A DNA stretch of 58,986 nucleotides, counting the filler. It is 5 parts of 5 records of this genome, joined end to end, with 100 filler letters (N's around TTAATTAATTAA, not from the genome) between each part and the next. Parts side by side here need not be neighbours in the genome. Positions count along the whole stretch, not along the records: positions 1 to 13,694 come from SRR31156797_18213; positions 13,795 to 27,362 come from SRR31156797_18217; 3 more parts are not named here. One strand, written 5' to 3'. The notes beneath the pieces are model-generated. The model saw only the letters and a list, made by a program, of their open reading frames with translations. It ran no database searches and was not told the DNA's origin. Of the stretch, positions 8,600 through 19,038 are shown piece after piece. Position 1 is the first letter of the stretch. Every line of letters starts with the position of its first letter. The position numbers were made by a program, and so were the translations under genes.

Positions 8600-8944
8600 C
8601 TATCGCCGGAACTGAGTGGAAAGCAGGTGCTTGTCCTCTTCGAGTTCGAACATGATGCGGACCCGTTTGGTAACGAGGTCCGCCTCGACTTCGTCGAGGA
8701 CGATGTGCCAGTCGCCCTGGCAGTACTGGTCTAGCCAATCCTCGATGACGTCGACCGGCCGCGCCGTCGTCAACATCACGCCGTACAGCAGGCGCCGCCG
8801 TTCCGATTGGCGCCGGTCTTCTTTTCCCCGGCGCTCCTCGATCCCGCCGCCGTCGTCGCCTTGCCGCCGTTCGTCCCCGATCCGGCGTTCCTTCTTCTTA
8901 CGCCGGTTGCGCAGCAGGCGGCCGATACCCTTGTCTCCGAACAT
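8600..8944 (-). CDS. Hypothetical protein with [DE]RR repeats
   Basis: 114-aa ORF filling the gap between two real genes; ERR/DRR repeats followed by a small acidic domain. Confidence 0.6.
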   Translation of the reverse strand: MFGDKGIGRLLRNRRKKKERRIGDERRQGDDGGGIEERRGKEDRRQSERRRLLYGVMLTTARPVDVIEDWLDQYCQGDWHIVLDEVEADLVTKRVRIMFELEEDKHLLSTQFRR

Positions 8945-9139
8945 TGTCGCTTCCGTCGGTGTGCTTGCAGATCCGATATTATCGCCCGACTGGAATTCGG
9001 CGGCAATGATTTCAACTGCTAAGACGGAATTGGGGCGAACAACAGCCGGTCGCTTTCCTTTTCTTCAAACCGCCAAATCGGCCTATATTCGACTCCGGCC
9101 GCCGCCGACCGGCAATCACAACGTTCGAAATATTGCCCG

Positions 9140-11515
9140 ATGACCGATCAGCCGACCCCCGCCGAAGTTTTCCAGGCCGCCCTGGGACGCCACCAGGCCG
9201 GCGATCTCGAAGGAGCGGTCGTTCTCTACAAGGCGCTGTTGCAGGCCAGCCCGAGAAACCCGCAGGTCTATCACATGCTTGGGCTGGTTTCGTATCAACT
9301 GCAGGACTACGACAATGCCGCCGATCTGATCGGGTTTGCCGTCGAAATCGATCCGGACAACGCCAGCTTCCTGCACAATCTCGGCCTCGCCCATCAGGCC
9401 GCCGGCCGGCTGGAGGAGGCCGAGGCCGCCATCCGCCGCGCCGCCGAGTTGAACCCGGAACGCGACGACGTTTGGAGCAATCTGGGCGCCATCCTGGAAA
9501 AGCGGGGCAATCTGGAAGCCGCCGAGAAGGCGCTTCGGACGGTCATCGAACGGTCACCCGAAGATCCGGTCGCCTTGAACAACCTGGCCGGCGTGCTCAG
9601 GGCCCGCGGCCGTCTCGAAGACGCCGAGACCGTACTCAGCCTGGCGGCCGAAAACCCGGCCTCCCACGCCGAGGTATTCGCCAATCTCGGCAACGTGCTG
9701 GGCGATTTGGGGCGCGACGCCGAAGCCGAAAAGGCGTATCGGCGGGCCGTCGAGGCATCGCCGGATTTCTGGGAGCCGTGGTGCAATCTGGCGGCCCTGC
9801 TGTTGCGCCAGGATAGGCTTGAGGAAGCCGAAATTGCGATACGGCGCGCCATCGATCCGGATATCGGCCGCTGGCAGGTATACCTCAATCTCGGACTGAT
9901 TCTGCAGGCGAAGGCGAACTACAAGGAAGCCGAGCGGGCGTTCCGCCAAGCGGTGCGCCTGAACGAAGACGATGGCGAACTGAAGATCAGGCTCGCCGAT
10001 TGCCTGCGCGCCGGCGGCGAAATCCGCAAGGCAGAAGCCATCCTGTTGAAGCTCGCCGGCGACGATCCGAACAACGCGGCGATCCACAACGGCCTGGCCG
10101 AGGTTTACCGTTTCAAGGGCCGGGTCGATCTGGCGATGGAAGCTTGGCGGCGTGCCGTCGAGCTGAACCCCGATCTGGCCGAGGCGCAATTCGGGCTGGG
10201 ATCCCTTCTGGCGGCCATCGGCGATGCCGGCGGCGCGGTTGCGCACCTTCGCCGGGCCGCGGATCTGTCACCGGGTTCGGCGCGCATCCACAGCAACCTG
10301 CTGATGGCGATGCAATATGACGCCTCCCTGAGCCGAAGCGAAATCGCCGCCGAACACAGGCGCTGGGGCGAACGCCACGGCCCGGCCGCCGAAAACAAAC
10401 CGCCGGCGCGGCCACGAACGGTCAACCGACGCCTGCGGATCGGTTTCGTCTCGGCCAGCTTCCACTTCCATGCCGCCGCCTTTTTCGTTCTGCCCCTGCT
10501 GCAACTGCGCGACCGCGAAAGCTGGGAAGCGGTGTTGTTTTCGGGCGTTACGGATCCCGATAAAACGACCGAGGCCTTCCGGCGCAGCGCCGACCGCTGG
10601 ATCGAGATCGGCACCCTCAACGACGACGCCTTCGCCAAACGGGTCGTCGAGCAGGGCATCGACATCCTGTTCGACCTGAACGGCCATACCCGCGGCACCC
10701 GGCTGCCGGCCTTTGCCCGGCGTCTGGCGCCGGTTCAGGCAACCTGGTCGGACTATGTCGATACGACGGGGCTGCCGACCATGGATTACATTGTCGTCGA
10801 TCCGATCCAGGTGACGGCCGACGACGAGGTCCACTATGTCGAGCGGGTGATTCGTTTGCCGCATGACTATATCTGCTATCGCCCGCCCGACTATGCGCCG
10901 CCGGTCGTCCCCCCGCCGTCGGCGGAAACCGGCGTCATGACTTTCGGATGCTTCAACACGGTCAGAAAACTGAGCGTCGAATCGATCGCCTTGTGGGCGC
11001 GGGTCCTGACGGCATGCCCGACGGCGCGTTTGTTGCTGAGTTCGCCCGAATTCCGTTGGCCGTCGGTGAAGGAACGCTACGAAACCCTGTTCGCCGATCG
11101 CGGAATTGCCGCGACGCGCCTCGAATTCGGCACCGGCGGCGATCATCAGGCTTTCCTGAAGGGTTACGCCGACATCGATGTGGCGCTCGATCCGACCCCT
11201 TATTCGGGCGGTCTCAATACCTGCGAAGCCCTATGGATGGGGGTGCCCGTGGTGACGCTCTACGGCGACCGGTTTTGCGGCCGCCATGCCGCCGTCCATC
11301 TGACCGCAGCCGGATTACCCGAACTGATTGCCGAGAACGCAGAAGAATTTGTCGAAATCGCCGTCGGGCTTGCCGCCGATCCGGCCCGCTTGGCGGAACT
11401 CAGAGAAGGCCTGCGGAGCCGCCTGACGGCATCTCCGCTGACCGACACGAAGTCTTTCGCGGGCGATTTCACGGACCTGCTGCGCCATATGTGGCGACAA
11501 GCCGGAACCGCCTGA
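9140..11515 (+). CDS. TPR-containing GT41 (SPINDLY/OGT-like) glycosyltransferase
   Basis: Many TPRs, then RLRIGFVS, DILFDLNGHT, RRLAPVQ, DVALDPTPYSGGLNTCEALWMGVPVVTL. Confidence 0.9.
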   Translation: MTDQPTPAEVFQAALGRHQAGDLEGAVVLYKALLQASPRNPQVYHMLGLVSYQLQDYDNAADLIGFAVEIDPDNASFLHNLGLAHQAAGRLEEAEAAIRRAAELNPERDDVWSNLGAILEKRGNLEAAEKALRTVIERSPEDPVALNNLAGVLRARGRLEDAETVLSLAAENPASHAEVFANLGNVLGDLGRDAEAEKAYRRAVEASPDFWEPWCNLAALLLRQDRLEEAEIAIRRAIDPDIGRWQVYLNLGLILQAKANYKEAERAFRQAVRLNEDDGELKIRLADCLRAGGEIRKAEAILLKLAGDDPNNAAIHNGLAEVYRFKGRVDLAMEAWRRAVELNPDLAEAQFGLGSLLAAIGDAGGAVAHLRRAADLSPGSARIHSNLLMAMQYDASLSRSEIAAEHRRWGERHGPAAENKPPARPRTVNRRLRIGFVSASFHFHAAAFFVLPLLQLRDRESWEAVLFSGVTDPDKTTEAFRRSADRWIEIGTLNDDAFAKRVVEQGIDILFDLNGHTRGTRLPAFARRLAPVQATWSDYVDTTGLPTMDYIVVDPIQVTADDEVHYVERVIRLPHDYICYRPPDYAPPVVPPPSAETGVMTFGCFNTVRKLSVESIALWARVLTACPTARLLLSSPEFRWPSVKERYETLFADRGIAATRLEFGTGGDHQAFLKGYADIDVALDPTPYSGGLNTCEALWMGVPVVTLYGDRFCGRHAAVHLTAAGLPELIAENAEEFVEIAVGLAADPARLAELREGLRSRLTASPLTDTKSFAGDFTDLLRHMWRQAGTA

Positions 11516-11538
11516 ATCAACCCTCCACCGTGTTCACT

Positions 11539-11730
11539 TCAGGCGCAGCGGTGGCTGCGCGTTTTTTCCGCGCTCTCTTTGGCGTCGGCAAGATCTTTCA
11601 GCGACCGCGCGATCTCGATGCAGCCCAGCTTTTCGTAATAGCGGGCCTTTTCGCGCAGATGACTAACCTCCGTCAAAATGGGAGCGGCGGGCTTTTTGCT
11701 TTGCGAATTGCGATAATCTGCCACGTACAT
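11539..11730 (-). CDS. Small hypothetical protein (63 aa) downstream of a sigma54 promoter
   Basis: MYVADYRN...RSHRCA with AAGAGG upstream of the ATG; alternative near-leaderless ATG at 11760. Confidence 0.5.
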   Translation of the reverse strand: MYVADYRNSQSKKPAAPILTEVSHLREKARYYEKLGCIEIARSLKDLADAKESAEKTRSHRCA

Positions 11731-11771
11731 TCCCAGCCTCTTTGAGTTAAGACTTTTCATGGCGATATCGC

Positions 11772-11788
11772 CGCAAAGCCCGTGCCAA
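11772..11788 (-). promoter_or_regulatory. sigma54 (-24/-12) promoter
   Basis: Minus strand TTGGCACGGGCTTTGCG with exact GG-N10-GC spacing, in intergenic DNA. Confidence 0.8.
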
Positions 11789-11856
11789 TTCGGGAATGGC
11801 ATATTCGGACCGCGATCCGCGGCCGATGACCGGAGCTTGCAGGCAGGAAGGCGGGG

Positions 11857-12708
11857 TTATGCCTTTTTCACGAAGTCTGTAAAGGCGTCGGCATAGTCGG
11901 GGTGCCAGCGCGACAACGGCGGGCGGTTTTCGACGATATCGCCGATCGCCCAAAGCATGCGCTTTTCATCGAGCTCGCGCGGCACGTCGTTATCCGGGCA
12001 CAGGATGTAGAAATCGCCGGCTTCGATGCTTTTCATCATGAAATCGACGGTCTGCTCGGCGGTCCAGGCGCCGGCCGGCTTTTCCGGGCGGCCGTGGGCG
12101 GTCAGCTCGGTGTAGACGAAACCGGGAATCAGCAGGCGGGCGTCGATCCGCGCGCCTTCCGTGTTGCGCAGTTGGTGCTGCAGCGCCTCGGTGAACGCCT
12201 TCACACCGGCCTTGGAAACATTGTAGGCGGGATTGCCCGGCGGCGTCGTGATCCCCTGCTTGGAGCCGGTGTTGATGACAAGGCCGGGCCGGCCCCGTTC
12301 GATCATGCCGGGCAGGAAGACCTGGGTGCCGTGAATGACCCCCCACAGATTGACATCCATGACGCGCTGCCAGGTCTTCGGTGATCCAATGATGTCGTTA
12401 CCTGGCTGGATGCCGGCGTTGTTCATCAGCACGTCGGTGCCGCCGAAGCGATCCCCGACCTGCGCTTCCAGGCGTTCGAGATCGGCGCGGGAAGCGACAT
12501 CGGTCTCGACGGCGAGCACGGCATCCGTTCCCCTGTCTGCCGCCGCGGCGATCCGTTCGGCCGCCTTGGCCAGCCTCTCGGCGCCCAGATCGGCGATGCA
12601 GACGTTCATTCCCAGGCCGGCGCAACGGATCGCCGAAGCGAGGCCAATGCCGGAGGCGCCGCCGGTGATGACGGCGGTCGAACCGGAAACCAGGGCGGGG
12701 TGGATCAT
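11857..12708 (-). CDS. Short-chain dehydrogenase/reductase
   Basis: TGGASGIG, MNNAG, YNVSK catalytic motif; SD AAGGAG. Confidence 0.92.
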   Translation of the reverse strand: MIHPALVSGSTAVITGGASGIGLASAIRCAGLGMNVCIADLGAERLAKAAERIAAAADRGTDAVLAVETDVASRADLERLEAQVGDRFGGTDVLMNNAGIQPGNDIIGSPKTWQRVMDVNLWGVIHGTQVFLPGMIERGRPGLVINTGSKQGITTPPGNPAYNVSKAGVKAFTEALQHQLRNTEGARIDARLLIPGFVYTELTAHGRPEKPAGAWTAEQTVDFMMKSIEAGDFYILCPDNDVPRELDEKRMLWAIGDIVENRPPLSRWHPDYADAFTDFVKKA

Positions 12709-13064
12709 GGCGGCGTCTCCTTGCGTTTTGCTTTGCTGTCGTCGAATTCGGGCGGCAGCGGCGTTGGCATACCGGCAAAGTTTATACCTGTCGCCGCGGC
12801 CGTCGTCAGCTTTCGCAACCTGTCACTATATTTTAACGGGGATCGTTCCCGCCGAAGGATTAATTATGGTCGGCCATTGGGAATGGCTGTCAGGGTGCGA
12901 AGCGGTTTTGGGCTTCACGGCGACGCCTTTCGGGTGTTGAATAAAGGGGTCCGGATCTCGCCCGTCCGGGCTCGACGCCCCCCATGCAACGAAACTCACG
13001 CAGCACCGGCTCCGCCTGCGGTATCGGTGGTGTTTTTCTATTGAGCGTTCGGAGGAGGGATATC

Positions 13065-13694
<630 letters not shown>

Positions 13695-13794
13695 NNNNNN
13701 NNNNNNNNNNNNNNNNNNNNNNNNNNNNNNNNNNNNNNTTAATTAATTAANNNNNNNNNNNNNNNNNNNNNNNNNNNNNNNNNNNNNNNNNNNN
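13695..13794. other. Artificial contig-joining spacer
   Basis: N44-TTAATTAATTAA-N44 (stops in all six frames); composition changes across it. Confidence 0.98.
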
Positions 13795-13795
13795 C

Positions 13796-14350
13796 GAATC
13801 CGGTCTCGGTAGTGCTCCTATCGCTGCTGCCGCAGCTCAGACCAAGCAGCCCGTAACTCAGGCTCTGGTCTCCATGACCCAGACCTTCATCGATACCATC
13901 ATCGTCTGTACCATGACCGGCCTCGTCCTGATCCTCACCGGTGCTTGGTCCAGCGGTGCCACCGGCGCAGAACTGACCACCATCGGTTTTGGTGCAGGCT
14001 TCAGCGGCGGCGAACATGTTGTAACCATCGGCCTGATCCTTTTCGCCTACTCTACCATCCTCGGCTGGTGCTACTACGGTGAAAAATCCATTGAATACCT
14101 GTTCGGCGTAAAAGCTGTACTGCCCTACCGCCTCGTATTCATCTGTTTCGTAGGTGTCGGAGCCATCGCAAAGCTCAGCTTCGTATGGAACCTTTCCGAT
14201 ACCTTCAACGGTCTCATGGCTATCCCCAACCTTGTCGGCCTTCTGCTGCTGACTCCGGTTGTGGTCTCCGAAACCAAGAAGTACTTCCAAAAACAGGAAG
14301 AAAAATCCTCAAACATGGAACCCTCCGCTGTTACTGAAACTAAAAAATAG
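13796..14350 (+). CDS. Sodium:alanine/glycine symporter (AGCS family), 5'-truncated
   Basis: Frame reads [49 protein letters not shown]. Confidence 0.92.
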   Translation, partial: ESGLGSAPIAAAAAQTKQPVTQALVSMTQTFIDTIIVCTMTGLVLILTGAWSSGATGAELTTIGFGAGFSGGEHVVTIGLILFAYSTILGWCYYGEKSIEYLFGVKAVLPYRLVFICFVGVGAIAKLSFVWNLSDTFNGLMAIPNLVGLLLLTPVVVSETKKYFQKQEEKSSNMEPSAVTETKK

Positions 14351-14388
14351 TTTCGTAAAAGCATAAAGACATACGGACCCCACATTGC

Positions 14389-14424
14389 ACCCCATCCGGG
14401 CGAATACCACCGCCCGGATGGGGT
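14389..14424 (+). other. Strong intergenic stem-loop (14 bp)
   Basis: ACCCCATCCGGGCG-N8-CGCCCGGATGGGGT between the symporter and alr; no clear U tract. Confidence 0.6.
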
Positions 14425-14465
14425 TGCTGAAACAGTTCATCAGGCTTGCAGAATGGAGGTGTGCC

Positions 14466-15614
14466 ATGAATAATCCTAAAACTTTCGCCCCGATCTGGGC
14501 CGAAGTGGACCTATTCTCAATCAAACATAATTTTAGAGAAGTTCAACGGCTTGTAAATAATCAATCCAAAATAATGGCCGTAGTAAAAGCCGATGCATAC
14601 GGACACGGCCTTACAAAAGTAGCTGACTGCCTAAGTGCAGCAGGCGCAGACTATTTCGGCGTAGCGAGGCTGGATGAAGCAATCGATCTGCGTAATAATG
14701 GTATTGATAAACCAATCCTGATTCTCGGCTACACTCCCCCGGAAGCGGCAAAAGAACTGCTCAGACACAACATCACCCAGACTGTATTTTCAAGCGCCTA
14801 TGCCAAGGAGCTGAACAAAGCAGTCCAGCAAGCTGACAACACTTTAAAAATTCATATTAAAATCGATACCGGGATGGGAAGATTGGGACTTGTTAACGAA
14901 GTCCATAACGGAGCACTGCTGGAATCAATCAGCGCAATTAATCGACTCCCCAATCTGGAAACCGAAGGTATTTTCACCCATTTCGCAGCCAGCGATGAAG
15001 CGGACAAAACCAGTGCATTTGAGCAACTGGGACTGTTCAAAAATATTATTGCTGACATTGAGCGAAGAGGGATCAACATCCCCATCAAACATGCTGCGAA
15101 CAGTGCAGCAATTATTGATCTCCCGGAATCATATTTGGATATGGTACGCCCCGGAATTATGCTTTACGGCCTCTACCCGTCAAACGGGGTTCACCAGCAA
15201 AATGCAGCCCTCAAACCTGCCATGCAGATTAAGGCCCGCATTGCGCAAACCAAAGATGTTCCCGCGGGATTCAGGATCAGCTACGGACATACCTATACTA
15301 CTCCCAACGCAACAAAGCTGGCCACAATTCCGCTCGGCTATGCAGACGGTTACAGGCGGCAGCTCTCATCTGCCGGAAAAGTGCTGGTCCACGGACGTCA
15401 AGCCCCGATAGTGGGAAGGGTCTGTATGGACCAGAGCGTCATAGACGTAGGGAAAATCAAGAATGTTGAGGCCGGGGATGAAGTGGTCATCATCGGCAAA
15501 CAGGAACGGGCTGAAATTTCAGCTGAAAGAATGGCTTGCGAACTTGGAACCATCAATTACGAGATTGTTTCCACACTCATGGCTAGAGTTCCAAGAATTT
15601 ACAAAGATTCATAG
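14466..15614 (+). CDS. alr: Alanine racemase
   Basis: PLP lysine motif AVVKADAYGHG, KIDTGMGRLG, MVRPGIMLYG, GYADG, GRVCMDQ; SD GGAGGT. Confidence 0.96.
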   Translation: MNNPKTFAPIWAEVDLFSIKHNFREVQRLVNNQSKIMAVVKADAYGHGLTKVADCLSAAGADYFGVARLDEAIDLRNNGIDKPILILGYTPPEAAKELLRHNITQTVFSSAYAKELNKAVQQADNTLKIHIKIDTGMGRLGLVNEVHNGALLESISAINRLPNLETEGIFTHFAASDEADKTSAFEQLGLFKNIIADIERRGINIPIKHAANSAAIIDLPESYLDMVRPGIMLYGLYPSNGVHQQNAALKPAMQIKARIAQTKDVPAGFRISYGHTYTTPNATKLATIPLGYADGYRRQLSSAGKVLVHGRQAPIVGRVCMDQSVIDVGKIKNVEAGDEVVIIGKQERAEISAERMACELGTINYEIVSTLMARVPRIYKDS

Positions 15615-16113
15615 ATTTTAAAAATATTTCTGACTGAAGCCATAAAATGCACATTCCCTCTAACTCAGTGCACTCTGCTTCCGGGCACCACTGCCGAAAC
15701 AGAGGCTCCAATCAGGAAACAGCTCTCCGTGCAAAACAGTGTTCTTCCAATCCGCATAACGGAACTACACAGACAACCACGGGAGCTATCTGGAAGTTCA
15801 TGCAAATGAACATTGCCCGACGACAGAAGAAAACCGAACCCTTCTGCCGGACACGACCTAAGACACCGCTGTAAAAAAACATGGATACACTCCATGCATG
15901 ACAACGGCGAACGGAGGTACTTATCAAGGCAAAAGTATATAAGCAGAAACCAGAAAACTCCGGACAGCCCCATGGCTAGACAAGGCTGTGTAACCGGAAA
16001 TACGCCGTTCAACTCTGACGGCAGACTAGTTCTTAAGCTGAAAGTACAAACAGAGTTAATGGATTCTTACCCAAACATCGTTGTTTGGGGTCACGGCTAA
16101 GGCGTGTATTAGT

Positions 16114-16150
16114 AAAGCCCAGTCCCGAATTAACGGGGCTGGGCTATTTT
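16114..16150. terminator. Probable bidirectional intrinsic terminator
   Basis: AGCCCAGTCCCG/CGGGGCTGGGCT stem flanked by A and T tracts. Confidence 0.7.
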
Positions 16151-16161
16151 ATATTCAAGAC

Positions 16162-17016
16162 CTACTCTTCCCGCTTTGAAAAATAGAGATTACAAAGAGC
16201 CAGCAGCGATGTTCCCACGATAAGCATGAGTGACACCGCATTGATCACCGGGGTGCTGCCATCCCTGACCTGCAAGTACAAATTGATCGGCAAAGTTGGT
16301 TCGGAGCCGACCAGAAAGAGGGTGGTGTTGAAGTTCTCAAAACTCATCAGAAAAGCCACCGCCCCGGCACCGATGATGGCCGGGCGCAAAAACTTCAAAG
16401 TGATATGCCAGATTACCCCCAGCTGTGTTGCGCCGAGATTCAAAGCCGCTTCTTCTAGGGAATTATCGAACTTGCGCAGCCTTGCTGAAACCACAAGGGT
16501 GACGAAGGTTGTAATGAAAGAGAACTGCCCCAGAACCACCAGCCAGAAGCTAGGCCGGAAGACCTCAAAATCAAGCCCGAATGTTTCATCAAAATACATC
16601 CCGGCTGTGTTTGATGCCAGCAACAGTGAAATACCGAGGATGACACCGGGGATAACCAGCGGAGCCAGCATGAGAAAATAGAGTACCCCCTTGAAGCGGA
16701 ACTCTTCCTTCTCAAAAAGGAAACTGGCACATGTACCCACGATAACACTCAAGATGGAAACAAAAAATGCAGTCTGAAAACTGGTAACAATGGAACGCAG
16801 GTTCTGATCATCATGAAACAGCCCGATCCGCTTCGGCCCGCTGGACAAGAACCAGTCCAAGGTAAACCCTTTCCATGGCAAAGCCGGAAAGTCAGAATTG
16901 TTAAAGGCCAGTACACAGGTCACCACCAACGGGGCGAATAGAAAAAGAAAGTACAAAATGATAAAACAATTGAAGGACCAATTGTATGTTTTGCTACGCG
17001 GCAGAGAACGGATCAT
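16162..17016 (-). CDS. Polyamine-type ABC transporter permease (PotC-like)
   Basis: EAA motif LEEAALNLGA; SFENF..TLP; hydrophobic. Confidence 0.9.
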   Translation of the reverse strand: MIRSLPRSKTYNWSFNCFIILYFLFLFAPLVVTCVLAFNNSDFPALPWKGFTLDWFLSSGPKRIGLFHDDQNLRSIVTSFQTAFFVSILSVIVGTCASFLFEKEEFRFKGVLYFLMLAPLVIPGVILGISLLLASNTAGMYFDETFGLDFEVFRPSFWLVVLGQFSFITTFVTLVVSARLRKFDNSLEEAALNLGATQLGVIWHITLKFLRPAIIGAGAVAFLMSFENFNTTLFLVGSEPTLPINLYLQVRDGSTPVINAVSLMLIVGTSLLALCNLYFSKREE

Positions 17017-17867
17017 GATGCCACCTCCCCAAGTTTCTGACGGGTCAATTTAAGTCCGGCCCAGATGATCAACGAACTTAAGACCAGCAACAGGAAGCCG
17101 AAAGCCGAACCCTGATTCCAATTGAAGCTGGCGATGAACTGGTTATATATCTGTTCCGTGAACCAAAGGGAGTTTTTGCCGCCCATAAGATTCGGAGTCA
17201 GGTAATTGCCCAGCACGAGCATGAAAACCACAATGGAACCTGAGGTGATCCCCGGCTTACAGTGCGGAATGATAATGGTCCGCCAAATGGTCCACTGCCC
17301 GGCACCCAAATCATGGGCGGCTTCGATAAGGCTGTCGTCAAGGCTCTCCATGACTGAAACCAGAGGCACAACCATAAACAGCATGGAGGTATAAACAAGC
17401 CCCATGATCATGGTCGCATCATTGTAGAGCATCTCTATGGGCTTATCGATAACCCCGATTTTAAGCATGAAAAAGTTGAGTACCCCGGACTCTCTCAGCA
17501 GGATCATCCAACCATAAATACGGACCAATTCACTGACCCAGAAAGGCAGCAGGAGCATGATCATCAATGCCCCCTGAACCCGCGCTCTAGCCAGCTTGGC
17601 AATGTAAAATGAAACAGGCATGGAGAGCAGAAAAACAATAAAGGTGGTCACAATGGCGTAAAGGCAGGTGCGCACAAAAGTGAGCCAATAAATAGGTTCA
17701 TCAAAAAAATTAAGATAGTTCTGCATGGTCCAGACCATGTCGCCATAGTCATTCTCTCCCCTGAAGCTCATGGTCAGCAGGTCACAGAGAGGGAGCACGA
17801 TCAGCAAAAACAGCCACATGATTACCGGGGCGAAAAATATCCAGAAAACCATTCGCGAGCGGGTCAT
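17013..17867 (-). CDS. Polyamine-type ABC transporter permease (PotB-like)
   Basis: LLPFWVSELVRIYGW; LIEAAHDLGA. Confidence 0.9.
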   Translation of the reverse strand: MTRSRMVFWIFFAPVIMWLFLLIVLPLCDLLTMSFRGENDYGDMVWTMQNYLNFFDEPIYWLTFVRTCLYAIVTTFIVFLLSMPVSFYIAKLARARVQGALMIMLLLPFWVSELVRIYGWMILLRESGVLNFFMLKIGVIDKPIEMLYNDATMIMGLVYTSMLFMVVPLVSVMESLDDSLIEAAHDLGAGQWTIWRTIIIPHCKPGITSGSIVVFMLVLGNYLTPNLMGGKNSLWFTEQIYNQFIASFNWNQGSAFGFLLLVLSSLIIWAGLKLTRQKLGEVAS

Positions 17868-17869
17868 AA

Positions 17870-18952
17870 TTATTCCTCCGCTCCAAAACAAATACCAGAA
17901 TCAGGATGCCAGCCCACAGAAATTTCATTGCCCGGTTCGATGTGATCAAAACGGCGGTTCTGAGGCAGACTGACGATAAGCTCATGTTCCTCTTTCGTTA
18001 CCGTCAGTAAACGACTGTTAGCCCCGTCAAAGAGAATGCTTTTTACCGTAACCTCAAAGACATTCAAACCGCTACGATCCTTAGGCTCAATGAGCATGGC
18101 CTCGGGACGCAGGAAAAGATCAGCCCGGACACCACAGGAACATGCTCCGTGAGGCTTGGTCTGAAAGGTATATCCTTCGTCAGTGAGAATACGGACTTTC
18201 TTAGCGTCACTCTCAACAACCTTCCCGCTCCACTTGTTGTTGTCACCAACAAACTGAGCAACAAAAGGAGTTGCGGGCTTTCCGTAAAGCTCCTGCGGAC
18301 TGCCTACCTGTTCGAAACGGCCATTATTCATCACCGCCACCCGGTCGGACATGACCAAGGCTTCGGACTGATCGTGAGTAATATAGATAAAAGTTGTGCC
18401 TACCTTGGCCTGAAGCTTCTTTAATTCCACCTTCATCTGCTCCCGCAACTTAAGATCCAGTGCCCCCAACGGTTCACCAAGGAGCAGTACCGAAGGTTCC
18501 AACACCAGACAACGAGCAATTGCCACTCGCTGTTTTTGCCCGCCGGAAAGCTGATGGATCTGCTTCCCACCGTACCCGGGCAGTCCGACCCTCTCCAGAA
18601 TTGTTTCGATCTTCTTTTTGATCTCAGCAGCTCCCACCCCACGCCGCTTCAGCCCGAAAGCAATATTTTCGGCAACATTCATCATGGGAAACAATGCCAG
18701 ATGCTGGAAAACCAAATTGACTGGCCGTTTGTTGGGCGGCACGCCGAGCATACTTCCGCCCCGGATTTCAATATCCCCGGAAGTGGGTTCTTCGAATCCG
18801 GCAATCATACGCAGCAAGGTGGTCTTCCCACAGCCGGAAGGTCCGAGAATTGAAAAAAATGATCCGGCAGGCACATCAAATGAGACACCATCAACAGCGG
18901 TAAAATCGCCAAATTTCTTAACCATATCAGAAACAGAAAGATCGTTAATCAT
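17870..18952 (-). CDS. Polyamine ABC transporter ATPase (PotA-like), Walker B Asp replaced by Gly
   Basis: GPSGCGKTT, LSGGQKQRVA, but LLLGEPLGALD instead of LLLDEPLGALD; C-terminal TOBE-like region. Confidence 0.88.
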   Translation of the reverse strand: MINDLSVSDMVKKFGDFTAVDGVSFDVPAGSFFSILGPSGCGKTTLLRMIAGFEEPTSGDIEIRGGSMLGVPPNKRPVNLVFQHLALFPMMNVAENIAFGLKRRGVGAAEIKKKIETILERVGLPGYGGKQIHQLSGGQKQRVAIARCLVLEPSVLLLGEPLGALDLKLREQMKVELKKLQAKVGTTFIYITHDQSEALVMSDRVAVMNNGRFEQVGSPQELYGKPATPFVAQFVGDNNKWSGKVVESDAKKVRILTDEGYTFQTKPHGACSCGVRADLFLRPEAMLIEPKDRSGLNVFEVTVKSILFDGANSRLLTVTKEEHELIVSLPQNRRFDHIEPGNEISVGWHPDSGICFGAEE

Positions 18953-19038
18953 GGAACATCGCCCGGGGTAGAATATTGAATAAAGGCGGAGAGTCCGAGA
19001 ACCCTCCGCCAAAGAGAATGTTATTTCAACAGCGATGC

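Noticed and set aside
12820-12837. Pho-box-like CTGTCAC-TATA-TTTTAAC upstream of cpdB
   Set aside because: Only one good half-site and no properly spaced -10 element.
15620-16100. Short overlapping ORFs between alr and the terminator
   Set aside because: No recognisable domain, SD or consistent frame; cannot support a call.
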